DNA from: Chrysomallon squamiferum | Taxonomy: Eukaryota; Animalia; Mollusca | Direction: 5' to 3' | DNA length: 64,000 bases | Assembly: GCA_012295275.1 (NCBI GenBank) | Contig: CM022673.1 | Location: 19,282,001 to 19,346,000, forward strand | In this document: piece after piece, positions 14,401-27,751 of the stretch | Position numbering within the stretch: position 1 is the stretch's first letter | Layout: each line of letters opens with the position of its first letter | Notes under the pieces: model-generated | The model's input: only the letters and a program-made list of their open reading frames with translations | What the model was told of the DNA's origin: nothing | Databases searched by the model: none | Position numbers and translations under genes: made by a program

Positions 14401-17121
14401 AGCTTCAGAAGGTAACAAAACAAATTTTCTTAGCAATCTATACGGCATTCCTTATCAAACTTCATTTTGGAATTGGGTTGCCGATAAAGATATTTTAAAA
14501 CTTTTACTACTCCCAAATATCTAAGCTGTACATAAAATAATAATAAGCGAAAAATGTAACGAATTATTAGACAGCCAGCTATTCGTTACTTATTAGCAGT
14601 AATCGTTAGGCTTGTTTTTGTTTTAGTTTTACCTTTATTTAATTATATATTAATTAATTTAATGTTTATGTTACATAAAACAAAACTACAATATATAAAT
14701 AAAGGGAAAAAAGAAAAAAGAAAATATATATTTATTGCTGACATTCTTAATTTTCATGGTATAACTGAAAATCAAATACAAAATATATTCCTAGAATCTC
14801 AGATTCGTATCACGATTTGTATATTTACAAATACAAAAATTATTTTCTCTTCTTTTGACAGATCAACTCTATTTACACTTATAAACATTTAAAATGACCC
14901 TAACATTATATTTACTAATATTAACTACAGGAATGCATTTAAACAAAAAACAATGTGCATTTAGCATCGATAAATATGTTCAGGCGTAACTACCGCGGCT
15001 TTTCCAAGTTTTCTTCATCGCAGCATTTATTAATGCCATAATAACGCACAATGTATTTCAATTACAGGTATCAGGTCTTTGCGGCAACTTTGATCAAAAT
15101 TCAGAAAATGACTTCGAAACAGAAACTGGTGGCAATCCCAGTGAAGACGAATTTTTGAAACTGAAGTCTAAAGATGAAAAATGCGGCCAATCTAGCCCAA
15201 ATACAAAACCAAATCCGAAGGTAGGTATTTTTTTTTGGGGGTAAATGTAATCAATTGCTATTATTATTCTTTTTATTTCACTATATGTTATGCAATTTGT
15301 TTTTCTACAAGAACAACAACAACTACTACTATTATTACTACTTCTACTAATTATCACCACATCACTTTTAGTAAAAATATTTCCACGTAAATATTAGAGG
15401 TAAGCAATATCCGACAAGATGCGAATAACGAAACAAACACGTATAAACAGACGAAAAACAAAGCTCATTATATAAAAAGAACTGTTATTTGTTTCATCCA
15501 ACAATTTTGATCAAAGATGAGAATAAAGCAAAATATCAAGGTGTATATTCTATATTATGATTCCAAAGTAAAACAATTACAGTGGCAGTGTAATCTAACT
15601 GAACATTTTTAGTAAGTTTATTAATTACTGTTATCTATTTATCATACATTAAAAAACAAACATTAACAGCAACAACAGCATCAACAATACTAGTAATAGC
15701 AGCAGTAGTAGTAATAGTAGTACTAATCGTAATAATAGCAATAAACCTTAGACGTACATTCATAAAAGAATGAGTAACTTATAAATCTAATCTGCAAACA
15801 TAGGTGATTTGGTGTTGTTTCAGTGCAAAACCCTTAAAGACATTCTGCAGAATAACTGCACAGAACTAGATCAAACGAAACAACAACGTATTTTGGAAGG
15901 ATGCATGAAGTCGACTAACGACAAGCAGGTTTGTGCTGTCCTTGCTGAGCTACAACTGGATTGCAAATTAAGCCTAGTTTCACCCGAACTGAAGTCAATC
16001 CTCAACTGCGGTTTGTATAATTATTTTATCAGTCAGTTGTACAAATTGTTTCCAAAAGAAAACTTCATTCCAGATAAAATAATGGACACAAAATCAATAA
16101 CTGAATTTATTTGAACATTAGAACATCTAACGCTAAAATTTATTATTAGTTTAATTTATTACATATACATTTTTTTCATGTTGAACTCTTAGTAAAAATA
16201 AACTTCATCTCATTTATTTGTTTATTTTGTTTACCAAAAGTAATAAGAAAGTGCATGAAATAATTATCACATTTTGTTTAAATAATGGACCATTTTAAAA
16301 TACATTTAACTAATCTAACTACAGTTGGAGACTGCGATCCCGGTCTTGAGTATCACAGTTGCCGAAAAGACTGCCAAAGATCATGTTCTGATTTATCATT
16401 GAAAAATAAAACCATTTGTGACACAAAAACATGCTTTCAAGGATGCGGGTGCCCAGAGGGACAGTACATGCATAAAGATACTTGCATTGACCTTGACAAA
16501 TGTCCATGTTACAAAGGCACTACAGAAATTGCTGCAGGCCAGACTTTGACTGTGGACTGCAAGAAATGGTAAGCTTAGATAACATTTTACCAAAAATATG
16601 AAATTTTACAAAACAACAACAATAATAATAAACACAGGTTAAAAAATATTTTCAATAAATGAGGATCTAATACTATTGGTTTCATTATAATTCTTCTTTT
16701 TGTTTTTGACTATAAACATGTAAAATGCAACACCCATACACACACTCACACACAGTACTTTTAAAGCTTAAACATATTTTTGTTTATTCAGTAAATGCAC
16801 TAAAGGTGTATTAACATGCGAATCATCAGAATGTGAAGATGTTGTTTGCGGAGTCAACCAATATAAATCGATTGATGCACCAGCAACTTGCAGAAAAAAG
16901 TGTCCAAAACCTTTTAAAACAAATTTTACTTGTGCCGAGAAGGACGAAATGTATTCACGAGTATGTTACTGTATTGATGGAACAGTTGAAAATCATGTAA
17001 GTTAACACAATATCACTTTGTGTTCCTAATTATGACTGAAAAGTGTACCGGTATAGGCAGATGTATATGAAATTTATTATTTTATTTTATTTTTGGACTC
17101 CGGAAAACATAATATACAGGA

Positions 17122-17156
<35 letters not shown>

Positions 17157-20100
17157 ACCTTTTAATTTGTAAGTGTATCTTATTTTGAAACGGTGGGCAC
17201 AATATCTCATCAAAATATATGTTGATTGCTTGTAATTCCTATATAGTCCCAATCTAGCAACTGTTCATATAAATTATAAACTGATTTACAAATTACATTG
17301 TTGCATTTTCATATATTGTTAATAATTACAAAAGATTTCTTATTTTTAATTTTTAATTTTTAGGACTTTGAGTGCATCAAACCGAATACATGCTCTTGTT
17401 TTACTAATGACCAGTGGCATGAGCATGGAAAAAAGTTAACTGACAGCTGTAGGGTCAAGTACGTAAAAAATAACACTTATCATAAAACACGAATATTTTG
17501 ATAAGTATTTTTAAATTTATAACTTGTAAAATATAAAGTGAAAAATAAAAATTAAGCGAATGGAGATACCTTATAACTGATATTTAATAAACGGTTTCTA
17601 CGATAAGTATTTATGTTTGTTAACATAATTGATATGAATATTATTTCATAGTTTACCGATCTTTGATTTAGTTAATTGTTTTGGTATATCTAATACTGCT
17701 ATGATTTTTCAGGAAATGCAATAATGGTGTTTGGGAAATTGAAGAAGATGCAAACTGCAAAAGTAAGTTTGATATGTATATTCAAATATTCAAATTCATT
17801 TACTGTTATCCAGTTTCGCCATTTCACAATAATACATCAAAATAAAGCGGTATTTTGAACATTTGCAGACAGTAGATTTAAACATCATTTAAAAGAACTA
17901 GCTGAAGATATTATAATATTAATTTTGCAAAATTAAGAACGGCAACAGAGTAAATAGTTTTAGTATGAAATCGAAAAGGCAAAATCATTTTAAATTACTT
18001 AAACCTGAGCACAAAAAAGTTATTATTTGATTTTATTAAGCTGAGATAAAATATTATGATTTTAAATGTTATTAAATGAATTACGTTCTTTACAAAATCT
18101 TAATAATAATTCAAATTTTAGCAACATGTCGCGTTTCTGGTACTTCGCCAATGTTTCAAACCTTTGATGGGAAACTCTACGAAATTGCTGAAATATGCTC
18201 TGGAGGCAACGAAGGTATCACCTTAGTGCAGGGAGAAAATGTGGAAATTTCTTTGACATCTGTTATGTGCACAACAATGAACAGAGCATGTTCATACATT
18301 ATCAAGGTTGGTCTGGGACCAAAGTTGCAGGTTACCATTTCAAAAGGTTCTGGAATTACAGTCAAATCTGAAGGTTCGGTCAAGCATTTCCCAGCAGGAA
18401 CGAGAAAAATGTATTTGGGCTATTACATCTCACAAGATTATGTATCAATTTTCCAAGGTCATGGAATATCGGTTTACTATGATGGTGGTAAGTACTGAAT
18501 TTTTTATGTATCTCGATATGTATGTATGTATGTATCTTGTTTTGGGTTTTTAGGTGGGATTTTTTGTTTGTATATGTATATATTTGATTAATTAGTTACT
18601 AAATGTTCTCGACATCTGAACGCGTTACTGGATTAATTTCCGTTATTACAGTAACGATCTGTAGTGTAGTTTTATAAATGAAAGAAAATATTTCAATAAA
18701 AAAAAATAACAAAAAATAAAAACTGTTGCTGATGTTGCTGACTGTGTCAAGATCTAACATTTTTAGTTAGATAACAGATATTTCGAATGACCGTTCGTGC
18801 ATGGATTGTTTTACTCCAAGGACACGTTAATAAAGACAATCACTGTTGTTAAAGCAATATATCTAAGTAGACATTTTAATTAGAATTGAGATGCCCATTG
18901 TCGACTATAATACTCATTGTTTTATCGATTTAAATACCATATCAGCTGAACTTATTAGAAAATAATAAATTAATCGAATCTTAATTACTTAATTAATTGG
19001 CCAACAAAACAAACTTACTAAATAGCCTATTTACTTTGAAGTTTCTATATTGTTCCGGTATCTTACCTGTTATGCTGAGTTTGTAGCATTTCTCAGTTAT
19101 GTAGAAAAATGCAAACATATGTAAATTAAACATAAATGTTGTTTTAGAGGATTTAGAGAATAAGCAAAGAAAGAAGAACCACCACATCAAAATATTATTA
19201 AATCCACAGTCCAATAAATAGGGTACTGAAAAATGTTAGAAATTAAAAGAAAATAAATCATATGCCAATACCTTGATTGCCACCCCCGGCTCGGTTTGTT
19301 ATTTGCTTTGCAAAACAGAAAATGAGGTGTAATCCATTATTTGTGGCTATGTGGCTAAGTGCTTCGAACGATATGACCATGAACACAATTAATTATTGCT
19401 GTTCTTATTAATATTCTTATTTATCTTCTTCTTCTTCTTCTTCTTATTATTATAATAATTATTATTATTTATAAAGATAAATGTTAAATGTTTACAATTT
19501 ATTGAATAATTATTCTAAATCTTCTTTATATTCTATATTATTACTTATAGATGCGAGCATGTCAGCTTGTAATTCTTTATAATTATTTTGATAACTGATA
19601 ACATCATATCAATACTGATGGTTTTTACAGGACAAAATGTGCGTGTTGAAATGGACAAAAGGTATAAAGACAAAGTAAAGGGCATGTGTGGAAACAATAA
19701 CGGTAAAAATGGTGACGACTTTCAAGACAGAAATGGACAAATACTCACTTCTGAAACTGAATTATACAATGCCTTTAAAGATGACGATTGTCCAGAATTA
19801 AAATCAGTTGCTGCAAAGGACACATGTATCGTAAGTAATTTCTGTTTATCAGAAAAATCCCACACTTTTCGATTTATACAGTATTATTTTAAATGCTATT
19901 AATATTTGCTCAAGAAAACCTCTAATGATACTGATGACAAGAACAGTTTAATTTTAATTTTAATTTCAATTTTTTAATTTTAAGATTAATGAGGACAGGA
20001 AGAAATGGGCACTTCATTCATGCGACATCATTAAACATGGCTCAATATTTGCAAGATGTCGAAAGGCCCTGATTGGTCCTGATATTGATGATATGTACAG

Positions 20101-20890
20101 TCACTGCATGCAAGAAGCTTGTGGGTATGTTGATTTATGTTTTTTTTTGTATATCCATCTTGTATATTATGTATATTTCCGAAAGACTAGCTTTGCAAAT
20201 CGTTTCGTATGATTAAATGTTAGTTTATTTTTGCTAGCAAATATTTGTATTTTGTTAAAATCAAATTAGGAAACAGATATACTTCTTCGGAACAGATATT
20301 TTCAAACAATTTTATCCGCTTTGTTTAACCCACGCGAAGTGTTATGGAAGATAAGCATTTACGTGAGTTACAATGCCAGAAACAACTGCAAGGCGATGAT
20401 CTTACATCCATCGAAAAATAGCTGTGAATCTTTATGGAAACCTTTCTAATGAAAGTTATTTTAAAGATTTAGGAATTAGTCGTTATCTCCGTGTAATGTC
20501 TTCAAGACAAGATCAGTACATACCGACAACACAGTTACATTAACTGTGACCATTAGTATGGTACCTGAACAATCAGGTGTAATATTAAATATTCAAGGTC
20601 AATGAATCTAATTGTAAATAAAATTCTGAACTGTTGCAACTGTTGTAGTAAATCTGTTAACCGTAAGAAGAAAACTCTAATGCTTTCCCTAATTACGGAT
20701 CTAGCTAGTAAAAGCATTATGATGGTAAATGACTAGCTAAAGTTATTCAAACTGTGAAAATTAAATCTGCCTTTGATACAAATAGTGAGTTATTTAAAAC
20801 TTTATTATATAGTTTGAAGAATGCTATTCTTTTCCAAAATATTGTTTATTTAGTAAATGCATAGAAAAAAAAAAAAAAAAAAAAAAAGAT

Positions 20891-20921
<31 letters not shown>

Positions 20922-21984
20922 CTTAATTTGTAAAGAATAATAAATTAAATTAATAAAATTATATTATTTACCTTAAACCTGGCGGCAAACTGCCATAACG
21001 CCGGTCACGTGTTCACAATTTATTGATATAAATTGTATATAATTATTTTAATGCTTTTAATATATTTATTGCATTTTAATTCTTCTACTTCTTCTTTTTA
21101 AAATGATTGTTATTATTATAAAATTTGTTTAGCTTTTTTATCTTTTATTATTAATCTTTATGTATTTTATTTATTTTAAATATATTTTTGAGGAGAAATT
21201 TATTTAATTCACCTCCTTTTATTATAAAGTAAATGCTGATTGTCGCAACATCGGCCATAATGATATTCGCTGAAGTGAAAGCTATTCTATGAAAGTGGCA
21301 TAACGGTTAATTTAATGTTAGCCGAAATTACATAAAGCGGGGTATTACCAATTAATAAACTTTCTGATTCTGTTTTAAAATACATTTTCAGATGATAACT
21401 TCAAGAAATTCATAATTTGATATAACATCTTATCTGTTTTATTATGACTCCATTAATCGTTATATTTGGCGGTGACCTAAGTAGCTTTACTGAATTCTTT
21501 ACTAATATTAATATATTTTTAGTTGCGACAAGGGTGGTGATTGTGAATGTCTCTGTACTGCTATATCCAACTTCGCTGATTTGTGTAATAGCAAAGGATT
21601 CCCTGTAAACTGGAGACATCGACGTCTGTGTCGTAAGTGAATAACAATAAACACAAATTTAAGATTACTAGTAAACATACTTAAATGCATTTTATATTAA
21701 AAAAATCATAACAAAAAATAATTATTTACATTCCAGCATTATCAATAATTCAATAATGTAACGTTTGTTATTTCTGCTTAACTGAAAGTAATCGTTATGA
21801 ATTGTTTTAGATATTACAGGAAATATTACACCATATAGTCACAGGTATTACTCGAAATATTTCAGATATCATAGATATTCACACATGCTCACACAATAAT
21901 TGTACACATTTACTAAATATGTATAATAGTATAAAAGATAAAATATATCTAGTGGTAGTTTGTTACAACAACAAAAACATCATC

Positions 21985-22023
<39 letters not shown>

Positions 22024-25000
22024 AATAATAATAATAATATTATTAATTATTTTTTTTGAAAATTATTTTTAGCCATGCAGTGTGATTTTGGAAGCCAGTA
22101 TAGATCTTGCGGGCCAACATGCCAGCCAACTTGTTCCTCGGCAGGAAACAGTACTGAATGTCAGAGTTCGACCTGCATAGAAGGATGTTTCTGTCCTGAA
22201 CATATGGTGGTCGCAGGTAACTAGCATTTATTTATAAAAGCGTGAACTTTTCTTCCTTATCTGTTTTTTGCCAGACTGTCTATCTAAACTTGGATTTATT
22301 TTTATAGATTATTTTCACAAAGCTTTTGATTTTAAAATCATTCAGTTGTTAGACCTTGCACCTTTTTGAAAATGAAATTTATTACGTAATGATCTGCAAT
22401 ATAGTCATCCCCTAATATTAAACTATTAACCATTAATGATTTTCTAGCATGTGTTATATATATTCAATATGCATATACACTAAATAAATCATGTGACACT
22501 GTCGTGTGTTCCTGGCATGGTCTTTCTGGGTAAACTGATCTGTCAGTGACTCTATTTGTATATCGTCAAGCATTGAACTGTGACGCTGTAATTCCTTGAT
22601 GTTTTCATGTAAAATACAGATTTATACCTGATAAAACTATTTTGTATTTGTTAAGAAGTCAGTTAAGCACTATTTTCTTGTCTAAATTCTGGTATGCATT
22701 TTATGCATGGAAATTGTTTTTCTTATTTGTTGTAGACAATGACGGTCCAGAAATTAAATGTATTCCGAAAGAAGAATGTCCATGTGTAGTGAATGGTGCA
22801 GTGTACTTGAAAGGGCAATATTTCACAAAAGACTGCATGAATTGGTTAGCGTCTATTAATTAATTAACATATTTTATATAATGTTATGAAGTCTTTAGGA
22901 TTAATTATAAAATTAACGTCAATATAGTGTGTCGTTTTGTAATTAATTAGTTGAATTATAAATTAAGAAAATAAATTATAAAAATATATAAGAAATTATA
23001 CTTACTTTAACAGAATCAGCTAGTCTAATGAATACCATAAAACTGTATGGGTATGCATGCTTATATATATGTATGTATATATGTATTATGTATATTGTTG
23101 GGGTGCTATTTATCTGTGGACATTTTGCAATCTTATCCTGAATAATTCCGATATGACGCTACATATACATTTTAAGCAGATTACCAGAACATTTCGATAT
23201 TTCCATATAAAGTACGTTCATTTTTAATTCTATTTTAAAGTTCATGTTCCAATGGCAAAGTAGAATGTACGGGTAAAAACTGTACGGAGTACTGTGACGA
23301 AAGTGTCAACTATCACTGCCTTAGAGGTGGTAGGTGTGTTCCGAAAAAGAATCGTTGTGATAAAATTATCGACTGTCCAGGAGGAGACGATGAAATGGGA
23401 TGTGGTATGTACTTATTGTTTGCTATACATTATAGAGTTTGAACTTATGTGGTATACTTGGAAATTCTCTCTGAATTAAATTCATTGAAATCATTTGGTT
23501 TTCACGATTATTACTTAAAGATGCTATCCAATGTAGAACAATTATCTTCGACAATTTCATGAATAAACATTAAAATTCGAACAAAGTTGAAGAAATTGTT
23601 CATTTAGACCTTATCAAGTCTGGTTTACACAAACCATAAATTAAAGAGAGAAATTTGTAAACAATTTGTAGAATGTTTATATCTGTATTTATTTTAGTGA
23701 ACTGAACAATATATTTTATTGTAATTAAATTAAATATACATATATTTGTGTTTATATTCACCTGTAAAAAAATAAATAGAGAAACTGAGTGATGCACAAC
23801 ATTAAGATATTGTTCATAAACAAATACATTTCAGCGAGAGCTGATTTCATTTTAATTATACAGGTTCTAGAAATAGGCAGGGAACTTCCCAAACGATACA
23901 AAATAATATGAGTTGATAGCCTGGTTCCTTTTTCATTTCTTGGAACAGATCGGCTATTGATAGCTCTCTTATAACGCTCGTTTCTATTCGTGAACGTATT
24001 GTTAATATTTTCAGGAACCTGTGAATTCTTTACATGTGCCAATGGTAAATGTATTTCAAATAAAAAGGTTTGTGATCAGGCAAACGACTGTGGTGACAAT
24101 TCAGATGAAAGTGACTCGATATGTAGTAAGTATTACAATGATTTACTATTATTTCAATACCACCACCAACAAAGTCTTAATTAAATAATGTAATAAAAAA
24201 GAAAAATACTAATAATAGTGAATGAACATATACTGATTCTGTCTTGTGCTAAATGAAAATCTTCCTGTAAATATCATTTCTCCATCCCTATTTAGAATAT
24301 TAATTTAAGAGATTTTTTTATTTATTTATAGCTCCAAATTTCATTTTATGGTTATACATTGTTTCTGTATTAATTTCAGACTTGTGTTCAGGGGACAAAA
24401 TATTTGTCTGCAAAAATACTTCCAAACTTCAATGTGTTGAAAGAAATTTTGTTTGCGATCGTTCAAATGACTGCATGGATGGCTCGGATGAAGTTAACTG
24501 CACCTGTAAGTATAGAATACTTGTAATATTAAACATTTAACTTTGACATTCATTAAAGTTTATATACCTAATTGGAAGTGTACGATTTAAGCGATATATT
24601 TTCTCTTGTGTAATGTGCATATAACAATACCAGCATATAACAAAACTCATATGAAATGTTTATCAGTATGACACCGAAATAATTGTGCTTGATCTTTGAA
24701 ACGTAGACTAAATACCTGTTTAAACTGAAATCTCTATCCGATACTTTTATGTTAGTGCTGACAAAATGTGATTATTCTGTAAATTGAAAAGATTACTGTC
24801 AAGTTTTGGCATACATACATAAGATTACTGTCAAGTTTTGGCATATATATATATATATAAAACTTGACAGTAATTTTATGTATGTATGTATGTATGTATA
24901 AAATAACAACCAAAAACAACAACAAAACCCCCAAAACAACTAAACAACAGCAACAAAAACAATAACAACAACAAAAAACAACAATTTTTTTTTTACAAAA

Positions 25001-25443
25001 ACCTCATACACACCAAAAAAACAACAAAAAAACAAAAACAAATCAATAACAAAAGAATAAATAAAAGAGCTAAATAAATCACCTGAAATTAAGAATTTAC
25101 TGATGATAAATATAAATGGGAAATACAGTAACTGATAAAACCTTTCGCTTGCAATCATAGATTGTCCCACTGACCATGTCAACTGCGGTAAAAAAGCCTG
25201 CATTAGTAAAAATAACACTTGTGACGGACATGTAGACTGCGATGATGGTTCTGATGAAATGGGCTGCAGTATGTATATTTGTTTTACGTGTTAATATATA
25301 TATCTTATGATCATTTTGTTCATTATATTATTTATTTATAGTAATAAATTCTGAAATAGAAAATGAAAAGTTATCGCTATCCATTTGAATTCGAAAATTA
25401 CAGACAGCGTAAAACACGGTCAGAACAACAACAACAACAACAA

Positions 25444-25501
<58 letters not shown>

Positions 25502-25970
25502 TAATATATCGTTCTTGTTTTCTATTCAGTTCTGAAGAACATTAAAATTGATTAAGAATTAATGTCTAATTTACCTGAAACAAATTTATTTCCATAAATC
25601 TTCTTGATATAATTCACTCATATTCAATTACAAATACATAATTTTTCATGATTTCCCTTGCAGCAACTCCGCCGACTACAAGTAAGTGTGTTTTTATATT
25701 ACATTATTTTCAATATGTTTTGTAATTTCAGTATATATTTCAGTCGTATGTATTGTAAGTCAAAGCTATCTTTCGTATTTTAAGCTCGTATTCAATAATA
25801 AGTTTGAAATGTTTTATATCTGAAATACATGTAACTAACCGAATAGTACAGAAGGGTTAGCTGTTGTTATGAACAAATTCTTTCATACAGAATCCTTTTC
25901 AGCATTGTCTCTTTCATAAATTTTTATAAATTTCAAACTTAGCAACATTTGATATCCGTATCTATATGCA

Positions 25971-26021
<51 letters not shown>

Positions 26022-26181
26022 GTATCTGTCTGTCTGTCTTCTGTCTGTCTGTCTGTCTATCTATATATCTATGTTTGTATGTATGTGTGTATCTATGTAT
26101 GTATGTATGTATGTGTGTATCTATCTATCTGTCTGTCTGTCTGTCCATCTGTCTGTCTGTCTGTCTACGTGTGTGTGTGTG

Positions 26182-26217
<36 letters not shown>

Positions 26218-27669
26218 TGTGCATGTCTGTGTTATTGTCATTATTATTATTATTTTAAAAATATTTTCCCTTTATCCCCTCTAAGAATATTGTGGATTGT
26301 TTTTATGTGATCAAACTAAATGTTTCAAAACTTTTCTCTGCTGTCTGATATAAAATGTAAAATAATTATATTTTAACATGTGTTTTAATACGACACGATA
26401 TGATACGATACGATATGATATGATAGGATATGATATATATATATATTTATATATACACACACACACACATATACATACATACCTATAAATTGTATTTGAT
26501 TTGTACATATAAGTGAATGTGTTTGTATTTGTGTGTGGTGCTTATTTTGTACTTTCTCTCGTTAATATCCAGTTGTGCATTTGGAAGAGTACTGGTTAAT
26601 TTGAACATTTAACAATTACTTTGTAGCTCCAGCTGTCTGCAAAGATATTGTTGTGGAGTCGAAATATGTATTGCTACCAGGTCTTAAGCAACAGCAAGAA
26701 GACCTGCTTACATCTGGAGAAATGAAACTAACACCTGATGGTGCATTTGCAACTTTCACAATAAAATTACTCGCAGAAGAAGATACACCAACAGTCTTAA
26801 AATCTTTGACATTCACAACATCCGGAACAGTGAAAAGTATTAAAACAATAACTCCAATTCAGGATTTGGTAAGCTGTTGTTAGTTTTCTTTTTCTTGTTA
26901 CAAAATAAGGTATTCCTAGAAATCTTTACAAATGTCTGTAATATTTTAAAATTAACATTCCAAAATTTAACTTAAGTCATTTTATAGTAGTTATATTAAA
27001 ATTAACACTCATAAATATTATCATATCTTATAATTCACTACATATTTGTTTATAATTATATATACCTTAGTAAACAATTATATTCGATTTAAATTAGCAT
27101 ATTTATCATTGTTGTTTATAATGTTTGCGGCTTAGAATTACTATAAATATTAAAATGTCAGATCTAATATATATTTTTTCAAATGATATGTGGTCAGTAA
27201 TAAAAGAATGTCTAAAATATATATATATATATATATAAATAAACAATTGAAAAAGCAAATTAAAAGAATATTTTATGCATTATCATTTCTAATTTCAGGC
27301 CTTTAGTGCAACAAATGTGTCTGATGGATTCAGAGTATATACCGTTGATGCACAGTATACCCATTTCCAGGCAATTCAGCTCGTTTTAGAGCCAGCTAAA
27401 TCAAACGAACTAATTACTTTTAAACAATTATCCATAAAGGCCTGTTTCAAGCCAGGTATGAATTTTAATCAAAATATAAACCTCTGAATTTTTTAAAATA
27501 CGCTTTAAGTACTTCGATGTATATAAAATTTTCCTACGTTTGGATAAAATCAGTTTTTCCCCCGAAAAAGATATGGTGTCCATTGGAAGAGAAATGCACA
27601 AATTGTTATGGAATATAATGTAACATACTGGATAACAGGAGATTTCTCTTGTATTAATTTTTGATTAAT

Positions 27670-27751
<82 letters not shown>

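Noticed and set aside
3681-25268. Assigning a gene symbol (SSPO, VWF, MUC2/5, Hml)
   Set aside because: The architecture matches none exactly: no TSP1, VWA or CysD seen, plus an extra EGF/TB cap. Orthology needs a phylogeny.
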